This document shows, piece by piece, positions 1 to 9,037 of a DNA stretch of 64,000 nt (position 1 is the stretch's first letter; every line of letters starts with the position of its first letter). A program made the translations under genes and the position numbers. Source of the DNA: an uncultured Elusimicrobiales bacterium (lineage in GTDB: Bacteria > Elusimicrobiota > Elusimicrobia > Elusimicrobiales > Elusimicrobiaceae); contig CALUXE010000001.1 of the NCBI GenBank assembly GCA_944324675.1, positions 6,694 to 70,693 of the forward strand. Reading direction: 5' to 3'. The notes under the pieces are model-generated. The model was not told the origin of the DNA, searched no databases, and saw only the letters and a list, made by a program, of their open reading frames with translations.

Positions 1-808
<808 letters not shown>

Positions 809-888
809 TCTCTGCCTCCTAAAAAATTTTTAAATTCTTCGCGTCTGAACTTGCGGCCTTTTTTGGCAACCGCAACCCCACACTGCTA

Positions 889-917
889 AATTTAGCATTA
901 TTTTTTATTTTTGTCAA
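889..917 (-). promoter_or_regulatory. Sigma70-type promoter of groES-groEL with an overlapping 14-bp palindrome
   Basis: Minus strand reads TTGACA (917-912), a 17-nt spacer, then TAAATT (894-889). The perfect palindrome TGCTAAATTTAGCA (884-897) overlaps the -10. Confidence 0.55.
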
Positions 918-933
918 TCCCCAAGCGGGACTG

Positions 934-1749
934 CTAATTATTTTTAAGAAAGCCGGTCAGCCTCTTAAAAATAGATTTTTCCTTTTTGGGTAGCATTTTG
1001 AACACAACGCACGATACATTATCCTTGCCGTCGTTGCGTGCGGAAAATTTTACGACTTCTTGGCATAAACGCCCAGCGCTAAGAGGTTTCTTTAATATAT
1101 CTTCTATCTCGCTGTCCTTTATGCCTTTGTTGACGCCGTCGGAGCACAGCATATATACGTCGCCGGGCTTAGGGTTCAGCTTGATTACGTCGCAGCGCAT
1201 ATCCTTTTTTAAGCCCAAGGCTTTCGTCAAAATGTTTTGTATCCTGGATTTCTCAGCCTGTTCCTTGCTGATAAGCCCGCGCGCAACTTGCTCCTGAACA
1301 TAAGAATGGTCTTTTGAAATCTGTTTCAACGCCCCGTCCCTCAAGCGGTATATTCTGCTGTCGCCTATATGAACGGCCGCGCTCGTGTCCGGCTCTATGT
1401 ATACCGCGCTTAGCGTGGTTCCCATGCCGCGGCGGCGGTAATTTTCGGAAGACAATGTGTATATCCTTAAATTGGCCAAATCCGAAGCGTACAATAATTT
1501 TCTGGCTATGGGTTCAAGCTTCGGTTCAAAATCCTGCGGTATGCTTATCTTTTTGGACTTTAAATCCGATAGCGTCTGCCTTAGTATGGACACGGCCAAA
1601 TTGCTGGCTACTTCCCCGGCGTTATGGCCCCCCATGCCGTCGGCAACCGCGCCGAGGCACAATTCCGGCGCTATCAGCACGCTGTCTTCATTCTTTTCCC
1701 TTATTTTTCCTATATCGGTATATGACGCCAATTCTATATCAAATTCCAT
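934..1749 (-). CDS. PP2C-family Ser/Thr protein phosphatase
   Basis: Motifs EDSVLIAPE, VADGMGGHNAGEVAS, LCSDGV, GKDNVSCVV. Start chosen at MEFDIELASY (ATG 1749), which overlaps the kinase stop by 16 nt. The ORF-track start at 1785 is less likely. Confidence 0.9.
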   Translation of the reverse strand: MEFDIELASYTDIGKIREKNEDSVLIAPELCLGAVADGMGGHNAGEVASNLAVSILRQTLSDLKSKKISIPQDFEPKLEPIARKLLYASDLANLRIYTLSSENYRRRGMGTTLSAVYIEPDTSAAVHIGDSRIYRLRDGALKQISKDHSYVQEQVARGLISKEQAEKSRIQNILTKALGLKKDMRCDVIKLNPKPGDVYMLCSDGVNKGIKDSEIEDILKKPLSAGRLCQEVVKFSARNDGKDNVSCVVFKMLPKKEKSIFKRLTGFLKNN

Positions 1750-4235
1750 CGGTCCTCTCCCGCAGCAAACACGTCTACTATACAACCCGCTATCGCGTAT
1801 ACCGCCAGTACGTAAAGTATTAACAGCGGTACATTGTCCTCATGCCAGGTATATTTTACCTTTTCATACGGCCCTTTCAGAGCGAATATCCATATATAGC
1901 GCTCCAGCTCTTTCTTGTTGGACGCCATTTTTGACTTAATTATGGAGTTTATAAACGTCGCTCTGATTTGAGCGGGGGATTGCCTCTGCTCCTCTTTGGA
2001 TTCTTGTTCGGTTTTATCCTCCGAATCCGCCCCGCGCCCCGCAGAATTTCCCGCCGCAAGAGCCTGCCCCTTTGCAGGCGCGGCGTTTAAGCCCCCGTCA
2101 TCGATTTTCAAATCGTAATATTCGGGCTCGCTATCCAAAGCGGCGTAAGTGCGCATCAATTCCACTATCTTTTGCGGCGCAGAGGCATATTCCGCGGGCT
2201 GCTCCTCCGTTTTTGTCTGCGCGGCGGCCTTGACTTCGTCATAGAGGGCATAAGCCTCTCCCCCGGATTGATACAGCCATATCCCGACAAATGAGAATAC
2301 AAAAAGCAGCAGCGTCAGCGTCCTGTATATAAATCCGCGCCTAAGTAAAGTCATCACGCACGTAGCCGCCGACACCCCAAAAGCCGTATAGCGCAAAGAT
2401 TCCATCAATTCTCCATCCGCCGAAATATCCGGCCGCACAAACTGATAGAACAAATAAAACGAAAATACGAATAACACTATCGTAACCACCCTATAATAAA
2501 ACGGCAATTCCTCAATATTGTCTATCTTAAGAGCCAAGCCCCCCACTATTACCGAATATATCAACAGATAACTGTACGTAGATAACGGCTGCAATATGGA
2601 ATCGGGCTTAACCAGTCCGTAAAACGCGAATATGTATGAAAGCAGGGCTATAGTCAATATACACGGTACCGCCTTCTTTATCAGATCAAAAAAGAATAAG
2701 GAGAATACCACAAGCAGAAAAACGAAACATACCGCCCCCAATATCATTTGTCCCTCGGCGTAAGAACCGGAAATCCACGGTTTTGCCAAGGCAGACAATA
2801 TGGATATGCCGCCGGTATTATAAGCCGAACACAAAAAGCCCAGTTTCAAAAATAAAGACATCGCCATAAACGCCGCGGCCGCCGTTATAATAGTCCAGCC
2901 GAAGCCTTTCATCATAAATCTCTTTTTCGCTGCGGAAAAAGTAGAATAAGGGCTCTTGCTCGCGGCCAAACGTTTCTTGCGTTCTTCCATCATCTTTTGA
3001 GTTTTGGCCGCTTCTTTCGACTGGGAACCAAGCGTATCCATTTGGAACTTCTTCTCTTTAGCCGCCTGCTCCGGCGGCTCGCCGTTCCCCCCCAAAGCTA
3101 TTACAGGAATATCCGCCGCCCTAAAGGAACTTTTTGACACAGGCGGCATACTTTGCCTTATTTGGCTGCCGCCCGCCGTAGAACGGCGCTCCGTATCCTT
3201 ACCTATAAGGGGCGAGGCGTTCATATCGGAACTTCTTACCCGCAATCCCACCTCATCGGTTATGTTCAAACCTTGATTTAATTTCAGCTGATCGTCCGCA
3301 CGCTGCTTTTGGAAAAAGGCCAAGGTATCCGTCGCGCTTTGAAAGCGATCTTCCGGGCGCTTGCTCATCAGCTTGCTTACCGCCATGGATAGCCATGTGG
3401 GAACGCCCCTGCGGTATTTGGCCACATCCGGCACAGGTTCGTTTATGTGCTTTTGAATTATGTCCATCGAGTTCTTGCCGGTAAAGGGGTATTTGCCCGT
3501 CAATACGTAAAACAAACTCGCTCCGACGGAATATAAATCCGCCCTTATGTCTATCGGCCTACCCAAGGCTTGCTCTGGCGATAAAAAGTACGCCGTACCC
3601 GCCAGTTCCGTCGTCTTGGTGCAGCCTTTGTCTTTATCCACTTTCTTGGCGATGCCGAAGTCCACTATCTTCGCCTCAAGTTTCTTGTTGATGAGTATAT
3701 TAGAAGGTTTTATGTCGCGGTGTATTATTCCCTTTTGGTGCGCCGCTTCCAAGCCTTTAAGTATGCCGATGAAAGTATCTATCACAAAAGAAATCGGCAA
3801 ATTGGGGCGCTTTCTAACTATGGAAGACAAACTCTCCCCCTCTATAAACGTCATTACGATAAAATAAAATCCCTTTTCTTTGCCTACATTGTATACCGAT
3901 ACGATATTGGGGTGGTCTATCTCCGCGATGGCGCGCGCTTCCGTCAGAAATAATCCCACAGCCTTCTTGTCGTTTGCCAAAGCGGGGCTTAATATCTTTA
4001 CACATACTATTCTGTCTAAAGCTTTGTGCTTGGCCTTAAATACCGTACCCATGCCGCCTTCGCTGACCTTTTCCAGTATCACGCAGCCGGATATTTCCTG
4101 CCCTATAAGTTCCATCTCCGGCCTTTGATGAGGCTGAGTTTTGGATTGCACGGAAGAAGGAGCCTGCGACGCCACCTTAGCCGTAGGCGGTATTTCTTCC
4201 CTCTTTAAAGGATTTTTTTTGTTATCTTCTGACAT
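1734..4235 (-). CDS. Hanks-type Ser/Thr protein kinase fused to a polytopic membrane domain
   Basis: Kinase motifs: Gly loop SEGGMGTVF, VCVKIL Lys, HRDIKPSNIL, DFGIAK, YFLSPE (aa ~45-310). About 8 hydrophobic helices at aa ~445-660, an acidic or low-complexity linker, and a final TM at aa ~803-823. Confidence 0.92.
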   Translation of the reverse strand: MSEDNKKNPLKREEIPPTAKVASQAPSSVQSKTQPHQRPEMELIGQEISGCVILEKVSEGGMGTVFKAKHKALDRIVCVKILSPALANDKKAVGLFLTEARAIAEIDHPNIVSVYNVGKEKGFYFIVMTFIEGESLSSIVRKRPNLPISFVIDTFIGILKGLEAAHQKGIIHRDIKPSNILINKKLEAKIVDFGIAKKVDKDKGCTKTTELAGTAYFLSPEQALGRPIDIRADLYSVGASLFYVLTGKYPFTGKNSMDIIQKHINEPVPDVAKYRRGVPTWLSMAVSKLMSKRPEDRFQSATDTLAFFQKQRADDQLKLNQGLNITDEVGLRVRSSDMNASPLIGKDTERRSTAGGSQIRQSMPPVSKSSFRAADIPVIALGGNGEPPEQAAKEKKFQMDTLGSQSKEAAKTQKMMEERKKRLAASKSPYSTFSAAKKRFMMKGFGWTIITAAAAFMAMSLFLKLGFLCSAYNTGGISILSALAKPWISGSYAEGQMILGAVCFVFLLVVFSLFFFDLIKKAVPCILTIALLSYIFAFYGLVKPDSILQPLSTYSYLLIYSVIVGGLALKIDNIEELPFYYRVVTIVLFVFSFYLFYQFVRPDISADGELMESLRYTAFGVSAATCVMTLLRRGFIYRTLTLLLFVFSFVGIWLYQSGGEAYALYDEVKAAAQTKTEEQPAEYASAPQKIVELMRTYAALDSEPEYYDLKIDDGGLNAAPAKGQALAAGNSAGRGADSEDKTEQESKEEQRQSPAQIRATFINSIIKSKMASNKKELERYIWIFALKGPYEKVKYTWHEDNVPLLILYVLAVYAIAGCIVDVFAAGEDRWNLI

Positions 4236-4263
4236 AAATACACCGGCCTTACCTTATTTATCT

Positions 4264-4722
4264 TTATTTATTCTCTTCAAAATATTTAACCGTCTTGGCA
4301 AACAGCTCCTTTACCTCTTTTAACCTCTCTATGGGAAGCCTTATCCCTTTCTTTGTCCAGCCCGTATAGCTCTCGTCTTCTTGCCATTGCCTTAAATCGA
4401 TGCCTTTGCTGCCCATATAAGAACTTATCCTCAAAACTATAGACAAGCCCTGTTTCTTAGCGTATTTGCCCAACTCGCCTTCTTCTATGGTTTTATAGTC
4501 CTCGGGCAAAGCGGCCAAAGCGGCGTTTATCTTGCCCACTATCTCCGGCGAAAGCGTTATCCCCGCCTTCGTCGGACCGCTGTACGTTTCCGACTTGAGA
4601 TACTTCCTGATAGAAACATATTTATACCCTTTATATGAATCTATGGAAAATTTTATCTCGCTGCCGTCCTCCGAGGTTAAAACCCCGATCAAACTAATCA
4701 CAGAAAAAGTTGATTCCACCAT
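4264..4722 (-). CDS. Tandem PC4/YdbC-like (transcriptional coactivator p15 fold) putative ssDNA-binding protein
   Basis: Two internal copies of the PC4-like pattern: KFSIDSYKGYKYVSIRKYLKSETYSGPTKAGITLSPE and VLRISSYMGSKGIDLRQWQEDESYTGWTKKGIRLPIE. GGAGG RBS. Confidence 0.65.
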   Translation of the reverse strand: MVESTFSVISLIGVLTSEDGSEIKFSIDSYKGYKYVSIRKYLKSETYSGPTKAGITLSPEIVGKINAALAALPEDYKTIEEGELGKYAKKQGLSIVLRISSYMGSKGIDLRQWQEDESYTGWTKKGIRLPIERLKEVKELFAKTVKYFEENK

Positions 4723-4737
4723 ATAAATCCTCCGATA

Positions 4738-6855
4738 TTACTTCTTTTTAAATAAATTCTTTATGCCGCTCGTCACGTCTTTTACGGTGTTCTTTACATT
4801 ATCCACCGCCTGCTTGGCCGTCTCTTTCCGGTCCGAACCCAAAAGAGAACTTACCGTCGATACCACGTCCAGTTTGAAAGACGGATCTTCTATACTGCCC
4901 CCAACCTTGATATCGGCCGAACCGCTCGCGTTTTTGCCAAGACCGACCTTTACCGTCATATCAAGCTGCTGCGTTACAAAATTAATGCTACCGCTCGTAT
5001 TTATCGTTGCCAAATCCGAATTTAAGTCCGATTTGTTTATCGTCGCTTTTCCGCCGCCAAGTCTGTAGTCGCCGACTATACTCTTATAACTTACGCTGTC
5101 GGTATTAATGTCTGCGCCCGATATTATCTGCGTCGCTTTTAACGCTTTTTGAGCTATCTTTACCGTAGTTAAAGCCACTTTTAAGAATACGGAGCTGTTT
5201 ATCAACTTGTCGAGGTCCCGTATTTCCCCGTCTGAAGACGCAAAATACACCGTACCGCTGGCTTTGATCATGGTCAAATCAAGATCTTTTACATCCGCCT
5301 TAAATGTCAAATTGTCCGTGGAAAAGACATTATTCTCCACCCTTTTTATTATTATATCGGCTTTAACGTCCATCGGCGCCATCTGCAAATCGGAAGCGCC
5401 GCTTGATGTCGCCGCCTTATCCGACGAAACCGTTTCCCCCTTCTCTCCGCCCTCGGCGGATGCCAAAAGTTCGTCAAAATCTATGTCTTCCAAGGTAAAC
5501 TTATCCATATTGAACATAAAATCCACGGCCATCTTCTTATTGTTTTTGTAGGCCAAAGAGGTCTTAAAGTCCGATCCGTCAAACACGCCTTTTATCGTAT
5601 TGGTTTTAATATCATCAAGCGAATTTATCTTTATCTCCCCGTTAAGCGAAGACAAAATCTTCCCCATCGCCGCCGCGCCTATATCCTTCAAAACTACCGA
5701 ACCGGTTACCAAGGGCTTATCGGATCCCGCCGATACCGCTTTTATGTCGCCCGTAACGCTCCCTTTCAGCTTAAAGGCCGCCAAAAGCTCTTTTGATATG
5801 TCGGAAACCTCAGAAAGATTTACGTTCAAAGAAGTGCTTTCCGCATAAGATATTTCCGGCTTGGAAAAATCGACCGCGGCCGTGTTCTTGATGTAAGATT
5901 TGCCCAAACTAATGTCAAATTTGCTTACCTCGGCTTTGGAATTTTCCAAATCGGCGGAAGCCTTGGCTTCCAAGTTTATCACGGGAAGAGCGAAACTCGG
6001 AATATCGCCCGAAACAAATTCCGCCGCCAATTCGCTGTCTATGCCGCTTATCTCCCCTTTAAGAGATAAATCCGGCATCTGCAGGTTGGATATTCCACCC
6101 GTCATATTTATCCTGAAGCCTTTGTACTCTACGGCAAAATCCGTTATTTCCGCCGAAGCCTTTTCCAATTCCATTCCGGCTATATTGACAATACCCTTTG
6201 CCAATATTTTTACGGGAGTTATCTTTATATTGCCCGTATTGACCGACGTGTTGAATGAAAGTTCAAAAGAGAACGGATTATTGTAATCGAAATCGTCTAC
6301 GGTAAAATTGACGTCTTCGACCGAAAATTCCATCCCGTTTTGCAGGTCTTTATAAGTGACGTCGGAATTTTTTATATATATGTCCTTGGCCGTCAAATCC
6401 ATCGCCAGGGGGGCGGAAGAAAGCTGGTCCTGCTCAGGCTGAGGCGAAACTTCATCGGCGGAAGCGGGTATCAAATTGTCGAAGTTAAACTTGCCGTCGG
6501 CGTTCTTAATTACGTTTATCTCTACGCCGTCAAAACCTATCGTGCTGATTTTTATCTGCTTTTTAAAAAGCGGCATCAATTCCACCTTTACCACCGCGCT
6601 GTCGGCCGATATGAAATTGCCCGCCTCAAATCCGCCTTCGTCCGACAATTTGAAAGATTTTATCTTCACTCCGATAAGATTCAACGAAACATCGCTGAAA
6701 TCTATATCCCTGTTATAATTCTGCGCTACATACTCCTGCGCCATAACTTTTAACTTGGCTAACGGGAACATAAGCTTTAACGCTAAAGCCGCCACGCCAA
6801 GCAATACTACGGCTATTACGATTAAAACCGCAAGTATCTTAATAAACTTCTTCAT
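4738..6855 (-). CDS. AsmA-family outer-membrane biogenesis protein
   Basis: 705 aa. N-terminal TM anchor (KILAVLIVIAVVLLGVAALAL) followed by the typical AsmA N-domain pattern (DFSDVSLNLIGVKIKSFKL...VVKVELMPLFKKQIKISTIGFDGVEINVIKNADGKFNFDNL). Long beta-rich body. Confidence 0.75.
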   Translation of the reverse strand: MKKFIKILAVLIVIAVVLLGVAALALKLMFPLAKLKVMAQEYVAQNYNRDIDFSDVSLNLIGVKIKSFKLSDEGGFEAGNFISADSAVVKVELMPLFKKQIKISTIGFDGVEINVIKNADGKFNFDNLIPASADEVSPQPEQDQLSSAPLAMDLTAKDIYIKNSDVTYKDLQNGMEFSVEDVNFTVDDFDYNNPFSFELSFNTSVNTGNIKITPVKILAKGIVNIAGMELEKASAEITDFAVEYKGFRINMTGGISNLQMPDLSLKGEISGIDSELAAEFVSGDIPSFALPVINLEAKASADLENSKAEVSKFDISLGKSYIKNTAAVDFSKPEISYAESTSLNVNLSEVSDISKELLAAFKLKGSVTGDIKAVSAGSDKPLVTGSVVLKDIGAAAMGKILSSLNGEIKINSLDDIKTNTIKGVFDGSDFKTSLAYKNNKKMAVDFMFNMDKFTLEDIDFDELLASAEGGEKGETVSSDKAATSSGASDLQMAPMDVKADIIIKRVENNVFSTDNLTFKADVKDLDLTMIKASGTVYFASSDGEIRDLDKLINSSVFLKVALTTVKIAQKALKATQIISGADINTDSVSYKSIVGDYRLGGGKATINKSDLNSDLATINTSGSINFVTQQLDMTVKVGLGKNASGSADIKVGGSIEDPSFKLDVVSTVSSLLGSDRKETAKQAVDNVKNTVKDVTSGIKNLFKKK

Positions 6856-7159
6856 TATTTATCTTCCCCCTCTTAGTGTCTCTGAAAGCGCGGTATCTGT
6901 CTATATCAGGCCGCATTTTATTTATCACAAAAACCAAAAAAAGCAAATCGTCGCTAAACCCCAACATCAAAAACAAGGCTTCTGGTATCATATCCAGCGG
7001 CAGAGCCAAATAGAGCAAAAACAATCCGCCCCATATAACGCTGCGCCAAGGGATAGGAAACCTCCTTCTTAAAACAGCCCAAAACATCGCCCCGGCGTCT
7101 TTTATATCCCTAAACAAAACCGCGGGATTAACGGTAAACTCCGTTTTCTGTTCCGACAT
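6839..7159 (-). CDS. DUF1232/YkvA-family small membrane protein
   Basis: 106 aa with ...WGGLFLLYLALPLDMIPEALFLMLGFSDDLLFLVFV..., the characteristic P-x-D-x-IPD/E-x-GxxDD pattern. Overlaps the asmA-like start by 17 nt. Confidence 0.7.
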   Translation of the reverse strand: MSEQKTEFTVNPAVLFRDIKDAGAMFWAVLRRRFPIPWRSVIWGGLFLLYLALPLDMIPEALFLMLGFSDDLLFLVFVINKMRPDIDRYRAFRDTKRGKINNEEVY

Positions 7160-7196
7160 TTGCTCCCCTTCTTTCGCCCGAGCTTGAAACCGCCGT

Positions 7197-8945
7197 TTAT
7201 TTATCGGCGTCTTTGGCTCCGGCTTGCCTTCTCTCTTTCAGCATTTTTTCCCTTACGCCCGTGGTAGTTTCCACTATATTAAGGGCGTAATCGCCGATCT
7301 TTTCAAAACTGGTAAGAATGTCCGTATACAAGGTTATAGCCACCGGCGAAAGCTGCTGCTGAGAAAAATCCCTAGATGTCTTGTCGTCTCTGAAAGAGTG
7401 GCGCATCTCGTTAAGTTCGCGTTCCCTTTCCAAAGCCAGCTGCATTACTTTCTCTTTATCCATATCGTAATTAAGTATAGTGGCGCGGCTGTCCTTTAAA
7501 ATCTTCTTCACTTTCAGGCCGATAGTTTCCAACTTGTCGTAGTCCTGCTCCTCAAAAGCGTTTATGGAGCGGGCTTTCTTCAACAAAATCGCTATTTTAT
7601 CGCCGTGGTCGGCCATCTTTTCCAGGTAATTGGTCAAATCAAACATGGCCATAACGTCTGTTATCATATCCCGGGAAAGCTGGTCATGGGTGAGGTTCTT
7701 CAAGAAATCGTTTATTTTGTATTCCAATACATCGCTGGCTTTTTCTTTAGCGTGGACATCTTCCACCGAGCGTTCAAAAAGTTTGGGCGAATCCGTCTTT
7801 ATCGCGTGCAAATCTTTGCTTATTATTGTCTCTACCAAGCCCGCCATTCTGTCGACTTCTCTTCTGGCAGCCTCAATAAACAGTTCCGGCGTAGCCGTAA
7901 CGCCCGCTTTCAAATAGACCAAATCCGTTTGGTCTTCCTCGCTTCGTTTTAAAGGCATAATAGCCATTATCAACTTCTCAAACTGCTTGATAAATATCAG
8001 CATCACGCAGGTATTTATTATATTGAAAGTGGTATGAAAAGCCGAAAGGTGATAAGGTATATTCACCAACAACACTTCGGAGCTGGTCCCTTGCGTGCTG
8101 CCGGGCACTATCCAATCCACCAAAGAAAGCAGCGGATGGAACAAAGCTATAGCCCATATCACGCCCAATATATTGAACATCATATGCCCCAAAGCCGCGC
8201 GTTTGGCTGCCCTGGGCGCGCCGATAGCCGCGATATTGGCGGTAATCGTAGTACCGATATTTTCGCCCAATACCAAAGCGCACGCCGTAGGATAATCTAT
8301 CAAACCTTTTGCCGCGCAGGTAAGGGTAACCGCCATAACCGCACTGGAAGATTGAAATATAACCGTCAGCACCGTGCCTACCCCAACTACGGCCAAAAGC
8401 GACCAAAGCGTATCGGGGCGGAATTTGATAATCCACTCTATCGTAGCGGAAGATGACTGCACGTCCGGTATACCTGATTTTATTAAGGATAAGCCCAAAA
8501 ACAACAAACCAAAACCCAACATGGCCTCGCCTATTCTGCGCACTATCGGCCACTTGTTTATAAATTGAGAAAAGAACCCCACGCCTATCATAGGCATGGC
8601 AAATAAGGCTATATCGACCTTGAAGCCCAACAAGCTGATAATCCAAGCGGTAGTAGTGGTACCGATGTTCGCGCCGAATATTACGCCCAAAGACTGGGTT
8701 AAAGTCAAAAGGCCCGCGCTTACAAAACCGACGACCATTACGGTTGTCGCGGAAGAAGACTGTATAATGGAGGTTACCAATATACCGGAAAGCGTACCCG
8801 TAAATCTGTTGCCCGTTGCGCCGGAAATAATTTTTCTAAGACGATTGCCTGCGGCTTTCTGCAAGCCGTCGCTCATCATTTTGATACCTAAAAGAAATAC
8901 TCCCAATCCGCCAAGCAAATTAAAGAAAAGCAATATACCTTCCAT
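7197..8945 (-). CDS. Na+/phosphate cotransporter family protein with C-terminal PhoU-like domain
   Basis: N-terminal half is polytopic, with duplicated QSSSATT / QSSSAV motifs typical of NptA/YjbB type II Na/Pi cotransporters. The C-terminal helical region is PhoU-like. Start placed at MEGILLFF (ATG 8945, GGAGGA upstream); ATG 8960 is the alternative. Confidence 0.88.
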   Translation of the reverse strand: MEGILLFFNLLGGLGVFLLGIKMMSDGLQKAAGNRLRKIISGATGNRFTGTLSGILVTSIIQSSSATTVMVVGFVSAGLLTLTQSLGVIFGANIGTTTTAWIISLLGFKVDIALFAMPMIGVGFFSQFINKWPIVRRIGEAMLGFGLLFLGLSLIKSGIPDVQSSSATIEWIIKFRPDTLWSLLAVVGVGTVLTVIFQSSSAVMAVTLTCAAKGLIDYPTACALVLGENIGTTITANIAAIGAPRAAKRAALGHMMFNILGVIWAIALFHPLLSLVDWIVPGSTQGTSSEVLLVNIPYHLSAFHTTFNIINTCVMLIFIKQFEKLIMAIMPLKRSEEDQTDLVYLKAGVTATPELFIEAARREVDRMAGLVETIISKDLHAIKTDSPKLFERSVEDVHAKEKASDVLEYKINDFLKNLTHDQLSRDMITDVMAMFDLTNYLEKMADHGDKIAILLKKARSINAFEEQDYDKLETIGLKVKKILKDSRATILNYDMDKEKVMQLALERERELNEMRHSFRDDKTSRDFSQQQLSPVAITLYTDILTSFEKIGDYALNIVETTTGVREKMLKERRQAGAKDADK

Positions 8946-9037
8946 TAATCCTCCGCACATATGATATAAATATTGTTAATATCATTATATAATATAATTA
9001 TTATTTGGATAACAAGGTTTTTAGGGGGGATGTCAAT

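Noticed and set aside
7978-8646. 222-aa minus-strand ORF and several plus-strand ORFs within the Na/Pi cotransporter gene.
   Set aside because: They use an alternate frame of a gene with strong family motifs. The translation is Tyr/Arg/Gly-rich nonsense.
8961-8985. Inverted repeat ATGATAT-N11-ATATCAT in the divergent Na/Pi transporter / acetyl-CoA synthetase intergenic region, considered as a possible operator such as a Pho-type site.
   Set aside because: A 7-bp A/T-only repeat in a very AT-rich 77-bp spacer is easily produced by chance, and it has no resemblance to a known box that I can verify.
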